DNA of 12,178 bases from a virus (lineage: Duplodnaviria > Heunggongvirae > Uroviricota > Caudoviricetes): positions 1 to 12,178 of the IMG/VR virus record IMGVR_UViG_2778261086_000006; one strand, 5' to 3'. Below, piece by piece: positions 1 to 8,340 of this stretch. The position numbers and the translations under genes are program-made. Numbering within the stretch: position 1 is the stretch's first letter; each line of letters opens with the position of its first letter. The notes beneath the pieces are model-generated. The model was not told where the DNA came from, did not search any database, and worked only from the letters and a program-made list of their open reading frames with translations.

Positions 1-1362
1 ATGTTTAAACCGGAACTCCTTTCCCCGGCGGGAACGCTGAAAAATATGCGTTACGCTTTCGCTTATGGCGCAGATGCTGTTTATGCGGGCCAGCCGCGTT
101 ACTCCCTGCGTGTGCGCAACAACGAATTCAACCACGAAAATCTTCAGCTCGGCATCAATGAAGCCCACGCGCTGGGGAAAAAGTTTTATGTCGTGGTCAA
201 CATTGCACCGCACAACGCCAAGCTGAAAACCTTTATCCGTGACCTGAAACCGGTGGTGGAAATGGGGCCGGATGCGCTGATTATGTCCGATCCAGGGCTG
301 ATTATGCTGGTGCGTGAGCACTTCCCTGAAATGCCGATCCACCTCTCGGTGCAGGCTAACGCCGTAAACTGGGCGACGGTGAAATTCTGGCAGCAAATGG
401 GCCTGACCCGCGTGATCCTCTCTCGCGAGCTGTCGCTGGAAGAGATTGAAGAGATCCGCAATCAGGTGCCGGATATGGAGATCGAGATCTTCGTTCACGG
501 CGCACTGTGCATGGCCTACTCCGGTCGCTGCCTGCTCTCTGGCTATATCAACAAGCGCGATCCGAACCAGGGTACCTGCACCAACGCCTGCCGCTGGGAG
601 TACAACGTCCAGGAAGGGAAAGAAGATGACGTTGGCAACATCGTACACAAGTACGAGCCGATTCCGGTGCAAAATGTTGAGCCGACGCTGGGTATCGGCG
701 CGCCAACCGACAAAGTGTTTATGATCGAAGAAGCCCAGCGTCCGGGCGAGTATATGACCGCGTTTGAAGATGAGCACGGCACTTACATCATGAACTCGAA
801 AGATCTGCGCGCCATCGCCCATGTAGAACGCCTGACCAAAATGGGCGTGCATTCGCTGAAAATCGAAGGCCGTACTAAATCTTTCTACTATTGCGCACGC
901 ACCGCACAGGTTTACCGTAAAGCTATCGATGACGCCGCTGCGGGCAAACCGTTCGATACCAGCCTGCTGGAAACTCTGGAAGGTCTGGCGCATCGTGGCT
1001 ATACCGAAGGTTTCCTGCGTCGTCATACTCACGACGATTATCAGAACTACGAATACGGTTATTCAGTTTCTGACCGCCAGCAGTTTGTTGGTGAGTTTAC
1101 CGGTGAGCGCAAGGGGGACCTCGCGGCGGTAGCGGTGAAAAATAAATTCTCCGTTGGCGACAGCCTTGAGCTGATGACGCCGCAAGGCAACATTAACTTT
1201 ACCCTTGAGCACATGGAAAACGCCATAGGTGAAGCGATGCCGGTCGCACCAGGCGATGGTTATACTGTGTGGCTCCCGGTCCCGCAGGATCTTGAGCTCA
1301 ATTACGCTCTGCTGATGCGTAATTTCTCCGGGGAAACCACGCGTAACCCACACGGTAAGTGA
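1..1362 (+). CDS. yegQ: Peptidase U32-family protein YegQ (TrhP-like), complete
   Basis: ATG at 1, TGA at 1360-1362, 453 aa. Contains the U32 signature E-I-F-V-H-G-A-L-C-M-A-Y-S-G-R-C (nt ~481-531). Length and sequence match my recollection of E. coli YegQ, which lies next to cyaR. Confidence 0.88.
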   Translation: MFKPELLSPAGTLKNMRYAFAYGADAVYAGQPRYSLRVRNNEFNHENLQLGINEAHALGKKFYVVVNIAPHNAKLKTFIRDLKPVVEMGPDALIMSDPGLIMLVREHFPEMPIHLSVQANAVNWATVKFWQQMGLTRVILSRELSLEEIEEIRNQVPDMEIEIFVHGALCMAYSGRCLLSGYINKRDPNQGTCTNACRWEYNVQEGKEDDVGNIVHKYEPIPVQNVEPTLGIGAPTDKVFMIEEAQRPGEYMTAFEDEHGTYIMNSKDLRAIAHVERLTKMGVHSLKIEGRTKSFYYCARTAQVYRKAIDDAAAGKPFDTSLLETLEGLAHRGYTEGFLRRHTHDDYQNYEYGYSVSDRQQFVGEFTGERKGDLAAVAVKNKFSVGDSLELMTPQGNINFTLEHMENAIGEAMPVAPGDGYTVWLPVPQDLELNYALLMRNFSGETTRNPHGK

Positions 1363-1396
1363 TTAATTTCGATTATTTTTCCCGGATGGAAAATTC

Positions 1397-1439
1397 TTAG
1401 AAACCGATCACATACAGCTGCATTTATTAAGGTTATCAT
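1397..1439 (+). promoter_or_regulatory. Candidate CyaR promoter: imperfect CRP-like site (TTAGA-N6-TCACA, 1397-1412) and -10-like TATCAT (1434-1439)
   Basis: Read directly upstream of the sRNA 5' end at 1447. CyaR is known to be CRP-activated. Left half-site is a poor match, so the exact site is uncertain. Confidence 0.35.
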
Positions 1440-1446
1440 CCGTTTC

Positions 1447-1533
1447 GCTGAAAAACATAACCCATAAAATGCTAGCTGTACCAGGAACCACCTCCTTAGC
1501 CTGTGTAATCTCCCTTACACGGGCTTATTTTTT
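1447..1533 (+). ncRNA. cyaR: CyaR (RyeE) Hfq-dependent small RNA
   Basis: Sequence GCTGAAAAACATAACCCATAAAATGCTAGCTGTACCAGGAACCACCTCCTTAGCCTGTGTAATCTCCCTTACACGGGCTTATTTTTT matches my memory of E. coli CyaR. It ends in a GC stem plus T6 intrinsic terminator and sits right after yegQ as in K-12. Confidence 0.85.
1507..1533. repeat. attL core: 27-bp direct repeat AATCTCCCTTACACGGGCTTATTTTTT, overlapping the CyaR terminator
   Basis: Identical 27-mer recurs at 11665-11691. Left copy is preceded by bacterial cyaR sequence, right copy by phage int-distal sequence. Confidence 0.85.
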
Positions 1534-1597
1534 ACGTACAACAAATTGAAATAAAAGGATTTATTTCTGGTCACGTCCACACATTGACCACATCGAC

Positions 1598-1622
1598 AAA
1601 AAAGCCCCTCGACTGAGGGGCT
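1598..1622 (-). terminator. Rho-independent terminator downstream of ogr (minus strand); potentially bidirectional
   Basis: Perfect stem AGCCCCTC/GAGGGGCT (1603-1610 / 1615-1622) with 4-nt loop GACT. On the minus strand it is followed by U6 (A-run 1598-1603 on +). On the + strand it is followed by TTCTGTTT. Confidence 0.6.
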
Positions 1623-1634
1623 TTCTGTTTGTAA

Positions 1635-1853
1635 TTACATCCACATAATTTGCTGCCCTGACGGCAACGGGTGTGGCCTTACGGCGTGGACTTCTCCCGG
1701 CTTCACGATGTATCGCTGTACCGACTCATAAGTGATGAACGTGGCGCTGCAATTCACGTTCTGACACTGGTGATAACGCTCTTTTGTCGTGTCAGTGATA
1801 TAGCGGCTTGTACGCGCATGTGCGGCATGCTGGCATAAAGGACAATGAAACAT
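1635..1853 (-). CDS. ogr: Ogr, zinc-finger late-gene transcriptional activator (72 aa)
   Basis: ATG at 1851-1853 with GGAAGAGGTG Shine-Dalgarno upstream. Protein MFHCPLCQHAAHARTSRYITDTTKERYHQCQNVNCSATF... has the Cys motif and matches recalled P2 Ogr / K-12 OgrK. The 93-aa track ORF is an upstream extension and unlikely to be real. Confidence 0.9.
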   Translation of the reverse strand: MFHCPLCQHAAHARTSRYITDTTKERYHQCQNVNCSATFITYESVQRYIVKPGEVHAVRPHPLPSGQQIMWM

Positions 1854-1934
1854 CGCGAGCACCTCTTCCGGTTTTATTGATGGTGCCATTTTAGTTAATT
1901 TATCCTTATAAAACAAACAGATAAAATAAAAACA

Positions 1935-3098
1935 TCACTCATCATCTTCTGTTTCGTACTCCACATCAGAAAGCCTGACCTCAAGCTCTAAAGACGTCGT
2001 GAAGCCGCTATTATTCAGAAAATGTGTCACCTTAGTGATTGTCCAGTCCTGCTCGTCTATGACGCGCTTAAAGCCTGACACTTTAACCGGTGTTTCCGTG
2101 TAAATATCTGCCCGACCGGTAGCCAGGCTGATGGAGAACTCCGCCACACCCCGTTGCAGTTTATCCCACTTCGCCTGAGCGGCGCGCATGGCCTGCGCTT
2201 TCGTGGCATATACCGTAGTCAGGGCAAAAACGTTGTCAGCCTCACCGGCCATGTATTCACCTTCGCGCGCTTCCGGTACTTTTGGCGCTTTCTTCTGCGT
2301 GACCGGTTTCGCTTTCGGGTGCTCCAGTGCGCGCAGGTGTTTTTCTTTCTTTTTGCGTTTCAGTTTTACCTTCTGCTTTTGCGGCTTCGGGTCTTTGGTG
2401 TGTAACCACTTTGCCGTTACGCCGGTGTAAGCTCCACGGTCAGCAATCGCAAAATGATGACGGTCGCCGTCGCTGCGGGTGATGGTAATCTGCGGGATTT
2501 TTTTACCGCTGGCCGTCACCCCCTGCCCCGCTTTGAGAAACAACAGTTTTCCCATTTTTACCGACACCTCACCGCCGTTGCGTTCTGCAAGACGGGTCAG
2601 GAATTTCGCATCAGACTCCTGCGACTGGTCGATGTGCGGGATTTTAATTCCGGCCAGTGACGGAGCGACACTGGCTTCCAGCCTGTTACGGGAGGCTATC
2701 GCTTCAACAATCGCACCGAGTGTGGTGTCATGCCAGGAGCCTTCCCGGCGGGAATTGAGCGTCCCGCGAAAATCTGCACTCCGGGCGCGGATGGTGACCA
2801 CATCCGGCGCGCCCCGGTGTTCAACCTCATCAACGGTGAATTTCCCTTTGCATACCAGGGCAAAACCTTTCCAGCCGATATACACCGTCAGGACAGCGCC
2901 ACGAACCGGTAGCCCGACCTGCCCGTCGGCATCGTTCAGTTCAATATCAAGCTGGTCAGCCTCAAAGCCCCGGTTATCCGTCAGGGTCATGCTCATCAGA
3001 CGGTCGCTGATATTGCCGGTAATATCCCTGCTGTCGAGCATCAGCATGTAATCCGGCGTCAGCGTACTGCCTGCATCAAATGTCAGTGCATCCAGCAT
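1935..3098 (-). CDS. D: Tail protein D (P2 gpD-like), 387 aa
   Basis: ATG at 3096-3098 overlapping the U stop. Length and position (between U and ogr) match P2 gpD as recalled. Confidence 0.82.
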   Translation of the reverse strand: MLDALTFDAGSTLTPDYMLMLDSRDITGNISDRLMSMTLTDNRGFEADQLDIELNDADGQVGLPVRGAVLTVYIGWKGFALVCKGKFTVDEVEHRGAPDVVTIRARSADFRGTLNSRREGSWHDTTLGAIVEAIASRNRLEASVAPSLAGIKIPHIDQSQESDAKFLTRLAERNGGEVSVKMGKLLFLKAGQGVTASGKKIPQITITRSDGDRHHFAIADRGAYTGVTAKWLHTKDPKPQKQKVKLKRKKKEKHLRALEHPKAKPVTQKKAPKVPEAREGEYMAGEADNVFALTTVYATKAQAMRAAQAKWDKLQRGVAEFSISLATGRADIYTETPVKVSGFKRVIDEQDWTITKVTHFLNNSGFTTSLELEVRLSDVEYETEDDE

Positions 3099-3577
3099 TA
3101 TCCCGCCCCCGTCATCCCCGTGAATCTGGTCGCCATACTGCCAGCTTTACCGATGAGCGATTCCGCCTGTTTACCGATATCGCCATAAAGCGCGGCCAGT
3201 GATTCATCAACGCGGGTGAGCGACAGCGTAAAATCAATTTTCCGGGGTGTGCCGTCTGCAAAGAAAATACTCCCTGTTTCACTTACCCTGCTGATGACAT
3301 ACATGCCGTAAATCATGCCGGTGCCATCCAGCAACGGCCACGCCCGGCCTTCATCTGCCATCAGCCTGAGCGTGGTCATCGTCAGCTTTCCGCCGGTCAG
3401 TTCGGGATAAAGCACACCGGCAAGCGTCATGTTTTCCTCACCCACACCGAGAAACTGGTAGGCCTCCCGTTTACCGATACGGGAATTTGACGGCCAGCGA
3501 TAATCTGATTCACGCTGCATGGTCTGGTGTGGCAGCGTCTGGCGCATAAAAACAAACATACCTAACGCGAGCATCAT
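3098..3577 (-). CDS. U: Tail protein U (P2 gpU-like), 159 aa
   Basis: ATG at 3575-3577. Protein MMLALGMFVFMRQTLPHQ... Length and synteny match P2 gpU as recalled. Confidence 0.8.
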   Translation of the reverse strand: MMLALGMFVFMRQTLPHQTMQRESDYRWPSNSRIGKREAYQFLGVGEENMTLAGVLYPELTGGKLTMTTLRLMADEGRAWPLLDGTGMIYGMYVISRVSETGSIFFADGTPRKIDFTLSLTRVDESLAALYGDIGKQAESLIGKAGSMATRFTGMTGAG

Positions 3578-3591
3578 TTTTCGTCACCTCC

Positions 3592-3903
3592 TTAACCGTC
3601 ATGCATCATGCTGGCACGGGCGCGCGCACGTTTATCCCGCTCGTATTTTTCGAGCGCATCCTGTAACTGGCGGTCAAGCTGTGTCCCCGGCGCAGTACCA
3701 CCCGTCAGGCTGATGTGATATTCGTTTTTACTCTGGTCCACATAAGAGCGGCCAGCCGGTGCCGTAACCGGCTGATAAGCCTGATAACCTGCATAAGAGC
3801 TGGTCGCCGGAATATAACCACCGGTGCCATACGTGGCGGCATGAGTCCTTGCGGCGGTCTGGTCAAGTGTGTCTGACTCTTTGTTGATAACCGTCGCGGC
3901 GAA
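3592..3903 (-). pseudogene. 3' fragment of tape-measure gene T (C-terminal ~103 codons, no start codon)
   Basis: Minus-strand frame translates to ...[41 protein letters not shown]...YHISLTGGTAPGTQLDRQLQDALEKYERDKRARARASMMHDG then TAA (3592-3594), directly upstream of U as in P2. The frame is closed by stops beyond 3904 and has no initiator. Confidence 0.55.
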
Positions 3904-4645
3904 TCAGCGTTGTGACGCCAGACTCGTTCAACAGGTCAGCATCGGTGCCGGACTCCTGCAAATCCCAGAATACAGATGCGCTGATGCCGGTAACACCGTT
4001 TACCCCGACGTTGGACAGCGTTTTATGCCAGCCCTGCTCCTGGTCGATTTTAGCGCGCAGACCCAGCGCACGGGCGGTGGCATACGCGGTGGCGGTGGTA
4101 CTGGTGACCGTATCCCATGCGAGGAAAACCGTAATTACATCGCCGTCGTAAGCCACACCACCGGCGAACAGGTAGCCGGGAATGTCCCGGGTAATGTTCA
4201 GGCCAATAAGATGACGGCTTGCAGGTTTGGCATCAGCAATCAGCCGTTCCATTTCCTGATACATTGCCTCTGTGATGCCACTTTCCAGTACACCAATATC
4301 AAGCCGGAAGGTGCCGGGCGGGTCACTGTTTTCCCACCACTCCGTCACGTTGATGAGATAGCCGAGCGGCTCCACCACACGCCGGATTGCACCGATAGTG
4401 CCCTTATGACAGTGGATGAAATAGGCATCGCGGATAACGGCGCGTTTTGTCGCTTCCGGCCACTTTTCATCCCACCTGTCGACCGAAAACGCCCACGCCA
4501 GCCACGGCAGCAGATTTGCCGGACAGGTATCCGGGTTCCACAGTTCACGAATCCTGACCGGCGTTTTTTCAATTTCCGCACAGGCTTTTGCGGCGGCAAC
4601 TTCAAGCGGTGATGAGCCGGTCGGCAGCAGTCGCGAATCACTCAT
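3863..4645 (-). CDS. Baseplate protein I-like ORF with aberrant C-terminal extension (260 aa); probable deletion-fusion product
   Basis: ATG at 4643-4645 overlaps the J stop. The N-terminal part ([26 protein letters not shown]...) resembles P2 gpI, which I recall as ~176 aa. This ORF instead runs 260 codons and reads into the T-fragment region in a different frame. Confidence 0.55.
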   Translation of the reverse strand: MSDSRLLPTGSSPLEVAAAKACAEIEKTPVRIRELWNPDTCPANLLPWLAWAFSVDRWDEKWPEATKRAVIRDAYFIHCHKGTIGAIRRVVEPLGYLINVTEWWENSDPPGTFRLDIGVLESGITEAMYQEMERLIADAKPASRHLIGLNITRDIPGYLFAGGVAYDGDVITVFLAWDTVTSTTATAYATARALGLRAKIDQEQGWHKTLSNVGVNGVTGISASVFWDLQESGTDADLLNESGVTTLIRRDGYQQRVRHT

Positions 4646-5546
4646 CCGAGCCTCCGGTCACGACGCGGTATTCGGTACAGAAAGACGCCTGCGTACTGTT
4701 GAGCACGATGTCGGCCAGCGGTGCAGTCAGTTCGACACGCTGCACGCCTTCCACATGCAAAGCGGCATAAATGGCAGACAGACGGATGTCGCGCCCCAGC
4801 CGGTGCTGTGCCGTGATGTACGCTTCCAGTTTTTTCACGGCAGCAGCGCGTATGGGTTCGCTTTCGGGACCAGGGTAAAGGTAAAGCGTGGCGTTTATCT
4901 GGTATTCAACGATGGCGGCAGACTGCACGGTCACGCGGTCGGCCACCGGCCTGACGTCCTCGCCATTAAGGGCGTTACGCACCACCGCCAGCAGGTCTTC
5001 GGATGCGACACCGTTATTTTCACGTGACAGCACAGAGATGGTGACGCAGGCCGGAGACGGACTGGTTACAGAAATATCCGCGACACGCCCGTCGGCACTG
5101 CGACCATGATACTGATAGGCCCCCACCGACCCGGCGACGCTTAAACCTTCAAACGCCTGCTGAATACGCAGACGATAATCCGTGTCAGATTCCATCACTG
5201 CCGGTGTCGGCGGGATGGTCGAATCATCTTCCAGGGTGATAATCAGGCGCGTGGTGTTGTAATTGGCACCAATCACATCAAGGTCATTACCGGCAGCACA
5301 GGCCAGCATCACCGCCCGTGCGGCCTCATTCACACGCTGACGCCAGATAAGCTCACGATAAGCATTTTCCTCCAGCAGTTTGACGAGAGGCTCAGATTCC
5401 AGCGTCAGGGTACGGGCGACCGCCTCCTGCTGGTCTTCCGGGTAAAGGGAAATCAGTGTCGCCTTGCGTTCGGCAAGAATGGTTTCAAAGTCCAGCTCCT
5501 CAACCACATCCGGTGCGGGTAGCTGGTTCAGGTCGATAATCGGCAT
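4638..5546 (-). CDS. J: Baseplate protein J (P2 gpJ-like), 302 aa
   Basis: ATG at 5544-5546. Length and synteny W-J-I match P2. Confidence 0.82.
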   Translation of the reverse strand: MPIIDLNQLPAPDVVEELDFETILAERKATLISLYPEDQQEAVARTLTLESEPLVKLLEENAYRELIWRQRVNEAARAVMLACAAGNDLDVIGANYNTTRLIITLEDDSTIPPTPAVMESDTDYRLRIQQAFEGLSVAGSVGAYQYHGRSADGRVADISVTSPSPACVTISVLSRENNGVASEDLLAVVRNALNGEDVRPVADRVTVQSAAIVEYQINATLYLYPGPESEPIRAAAVKKLEAYITAQHRLGRDIRLSAIYAALHVEGVQRVELTAPLADIVLNSTQASFCTEYRVVTGGSDE

Positions 5547-5550
5547 GGTT

Positions 5551-5898
5551 TCAACTCACAGGAATGGTTAACGAAAGTGGCTGGCCGGTGTCGTTGTGCT
5601 GGCCGGTTAACGTGACCGTCATTCGCCCGTCAAAACTGCGCTCAGTGGTGACGGATGACAGGGTGACGCGGGGTTCCCATTTCAGCACCGCCATGTAACA
5701 GGCGACCTTAATCTGCAACTCAAGCGCCGGGGTCTGCGGCTGGTCAATCATTGACGCCAGCAACGAGCCGTAATCACGACGCATCACCCGCGAGCCGACC
5801 GGTGTGCGCAGGATATCGCCGATACTCTGGCTGATATGCTCAAGGTCAGTGACAGTCAGGCCATCACTGCGATTCATTCCGAGATAACGCGCAGTCAT
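5551..5898 (-). CDS. W: Baseplate protein W (gp25-like), 115 aa
   Basis: ATG at 5896-5898 overlapping the V stop (TGA 5895-5897). Length and synteny match P2 gpW. Confidence 0.82.
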   Translation of the reverse strand: MTARYLGMNRSDGLTVTDLEHISQSIGDILRTPVGSRVMRRDYGSLLASMIDQPQTPALELQIKVACYMAVLKWEPRVTLSSVTTERSFDGRMTVTLTGQHNDTGQPLSLTIPVS

Positions 5899-6530
5899 AG
5901 AGGTCCCCCTGTTGTGCCGCCGCTGTCGCCGGGGTGTTTATGGGTATGAAGTACCTTACCGTTTGATGAGAGTTCACCGCCGGTGTGTTCAATGTTGCCG
6001 CGCATCGTCCCGCCCTTCTGCACTTCCAGCGTGCCGGTAATCAGCCTGTTGGTGCAGACCACCTCCGGTGTGTCCAGGGTGACGCGGGTTGATGCTTTCA
6101 CCATGACCACCGGCACCGTGGCGGTAACAGAATCAGAAGCCGTCACGCTGGCCGTTTTAATTCCGCTTACCGTAAGTGCACTGGTTTCGGGTTCATACTC
6201 AATCACCGCCCCGTCAGGGAAACGGATATGCAGGGCATCCGCCGACGCAGACGGCGGAGGGTTATCGCCGGAATAAATCCCCGGCAGAACAAACGCCGTG
6301 TCAAGTTCACCGCCCACGGCCAGAATCAGCACCTGCTCCCCCACGGAAGGTGCCCACCATGTGCACGAACGTCCGGCGCGATGGGTCAGCCACTGAAGCC
6401 AGTCGGTGCACATGCCGCCGGTCTGCACACGGCAGCGACCGGCTTTAAGGTTGGTTTCGACGACAAGGCCGGTACGAATCATGTTGCGCAGTGCGCGCGC
6501 GAGTTCCTGAATATTTGCGAGAGTGTTCAT
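5895..6530 (-). CDS. V: Baseplate spike/hub protein V (P2 gpV-like), 211 aa
   Basis: ATG at 6528-6530 gives MNTLANIQELARALRNMIRTGLVVETNLKAGRCRVQTGG... The track ORF start at 6566 is a TTG 12 codons upstream and is less likely. Confidence 0.78.
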   Translation of the reverse strand: MNTLANIQELARALRNMIRTGLVVETNLKAGRCRVQTGGMCTDWLQWLTHRAGRSCTWWAPSVGEQVLILAVGGELDTAFVLPGIYSGDNPPPSASADALHIRFPDGAVIEYEPETSALTVSGIKTASVTASDSVTATVPVVMVKASTRVTLDTPEVVCTNRLITGTLEVQKGGTMRGNIEHTGGELSSNGKVLHTHKHPGDSGGTTGGPL

Positions 6531-6607
6531 AACGGGAAGGATGCCGCTGGACGATACCAGCAGCAATCATGGAGGATTCTGTCAGCTGTGACACAACATA
6601 ATAAATA

Positions 6608-7363
6608 TTAGTTGTAGCACTTCTCTATAATCTTCATACACTCCTCATGAGCTAAATCATGGCTGTCAAATTCTTTATTAAAAAAGAAGAAAAACGCCTT
6701 CTTAACCTGAGGCATTTCAATAAAAATAAATTCATCAACCTTATGAAAGAAATGAAAACTCTTGTTTGATGTTTCAAAAACCATCAAAGAATTATGTTTT
6801 TTATCCTTCCATTTCGACATCAGATTGCGTCGCGATTTTCGTATAATCCTGAAGACATCCCCCGGCGTCGTATCGACATTCCCCCAAAACATTGCAACCG
6901 GAAAGTTTGCAAGGAACGGGATATAATCACCACCTTTATACCTGAGAAAGCGGTTCCGCAAATCCATTAATTGCAACTTAAAACCCATGTATTGCAACCA
7001 CCATATGATGCAATCATACTCATAATCTGTTAACTCCTCTCCCCTCTTTTCCGTAAGAAATTTCTTCAGGTTATACTCAAACACTCCCAGCAAATCAGAA
7101 TTGCACACTCTGCATGCTGGTACAGTGGCTTTAATGTAATGAGTTGACTGATTATTCTTTTTATTAATTAAAGATTTTTCAGTATTTGACTCAAAGGCCC
7201 ACTGAGGAATAATGTGCTCACGAGTAATATCGTCAGAACTCCCGCATAACACACATATATCAGCATTATGGTCAACAATAATACAATCCATAACTTTCTT
7301 TTGAGAGTGCTTTACTCTTTTTCTCAAAATAGAAAACTTTTCATCCATAAACACCCGTCTCAT
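6608..7363 (-). CDS. AT-rich cargo (moron) ORF, 251 aa: N-terminal Cys4 zinc-finger HNH-type nuclease motif plus ~160-aa C-terminal region of unknown function
   Basis: ATG at 7361-7363 overlaps the S stop (ATGA); TAA at 6608-6610. A sampled 60 nt (6621-6680) is ~32% GC against visibly GC-richer flanks. Motif C-V-L-C-G...D-D-I-T-R-E-H-I-I-P-Q-W-A-F...C-R-V-C-N fits the CxxC...DH-I-x-P...N...CxxC pattern of HNH nucleases. It occupies the S-V slot where P2 carries its non-essential moron orf30. Confidence 0.7.
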   Translation of the reverse strand: MRRVFMDEKFSILRKRVKHSQKKVMDCIIVDHNADICVLCGSSDDITREHIIPQWAFESNTEKSLINKKNNQSTHYIKATVPACRVCNSDLLGVFEYNLKKFLTEKRGEELTDYEYDCIIWWLQYMGFKLQLMDLRNRFLRYKGGDYIPFLANFPVAMFWGNVDTTPGDVFRIIRKSRRNLMSKWKDKKHNSLMVFETSNKSFHFFHKVDEFIFIEMPQVKKAFFFFFNKEFDSHDLAHEECMKIIEKCYN

Positions 7364-7818
7364 ATAACATCTTTCGATAGAATCACTAATAACTCCCTTT
7401 CTATCAATTGTATAGATTCCTTGTCAAAACCAAATAACTCACGAACAGGATATTCCACCACAGCACTATTACGCCCCGGCTTATCCTTAAGCCCTAATTG
7501 ATGTACTCGCGCAATTCGTTGCACTCCGCTGGCAAACTCCACCACCGCCGCACTCTCGCTACCTGTTGCTTTCATAAACCGGTTAGTGCGTAATTTCACA
7601 AACATTTCCCGCTTTATCCGGCCTTTCTTATTTCGCACTGGCTGGTTTTTTCTCGGTACATACGGCGTACCATCTGGGCCTTTTTGTAATTTAATTCGCT
7701 GCTGCTGGCGCTGGCGCAGTTTCTTCGCAATATCTACCGCCAGTCGCCGACGCCCTGACGGTGACAGCGACTCAATCAGTCCGGTCATCCGGTCTTCAAA
7801 ACGCTTAAACTCATTCAT
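7360..7818 (-). CDS. S: Tail completion protein S-like, 152 aa, with AT-rich 3' end
   Basis: ATG at 7816-7818 overlaps the R stop. Position between R and V matches P2 gpS. The last ~25 codons (nt ~7364-7440) are AT-rich, unlike the rest of the gene. Confidence 0.68.
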   Translation of the reverse strand: MNEFKRFEDRMTGLIESLSPSGRRRLAVDIAKKLRQRQQQRIKLQKGPDGTPYVPRKNQPVRNKKGRIKREMFVKLRTNRFMKATGSESAAVVEFASGVQRIARVHQLGLKDKPGRNSAVVEYPVRELFGFDKESIQLIERELLVILSKDVI

Positions 7819-8278
7819 CCCACTTGCTCACCAGTTCGCCATTGATATAAAGCTCCACCGGGCGGGTGACCGGCTCCGGCGGCGGAGGTTCCGGGATATT
7901 CTTCACATGCAGCGCACCGTCAACCTCACTGACCAGCGTGCGCTCGGTCAGCATCAGGCTGATACTGATATCAAAGCTGCTGTCATTGTTGATGTCTGCA
8001 TAAAATGTGAAGCCCTTTTTCTGGCCTTCGTCGGTGGTCATGATGTCGGGCTGATTTTCCCGCAGCCACGCCAGCACCGGCACGATGAGCAGGTCAAAAT
8101 CACCGGTAAAGTCGGTCACAATCACATTGAGCGTGTAACGCTTTTCGAATGACAGCGACGCCGCCAGTGTGGAGGCAATACTCCCGTTATCCACGAATAT
8201 CCGCAGCATCTCGGGGTTAGTTTTCAGCACCGTGACGGCATCAGTCAGCGCCCTGCGCAGGCTGTCGGGTTTGAGCAT
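7811..8278 (-). CDS. R: Tail completion protein R (P2 gpR-like), 155 aa
   Basis: ATG at 8276-8278 with AGGAAG Shine-Dalgarno 7 nt upstream. Length and sequence match recalled P2 gpR. Confidence 0.8.
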   Translation of the reverse strand: MLKPDSLRRALTDAVTVLKTNPEMLRIFVDNGSIASTLAASLSFEKRYTLNVIVTDFTGDFDLLIVPVLAWLRENQPDIMTTDEGQKKGFTFYADINNDSSFDISISLMLTERTLVSEVDGALHVKNIPEPPPPEPVTRPVELYINGELVSKWDE

Positions 8279-8340
8279 CGTTTTCTTCCTGACAGTGTTT
8301 AATCATTTTTACCTGGCTGGCACAACGTGCCAGCGCGTTC

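Noticed and set aside
1635-1916. 93-aa extended version of ogr
   Set aside because: The internal ATG at 1851-1853 has a good Shine-Dalgarno and gives the 72-aa zinc-finger protein matching recalled Ogr. The upstream extension would run into the D-ogr intergenic region.
3869-4612. 247-aa plus-strand ORF antisense to the I-like gene (also 2479-3051 plus-strand, 190 aa, antisense to D)
   Set aside because: Both lie entirely within well-supported minus-strand phage genes in GC-rich DNA where long antisense open frames arise by chance. No start context or recognisable motifs.
6680-6694. Homopolymer tracts (A6, A5) inside the cargo ORF as a slipped-strand phase-variation switch
   Set aside because: Runs are no longer than 6 nt and simply reflect the AT-rich composition (they encode the FFFFF stretch).
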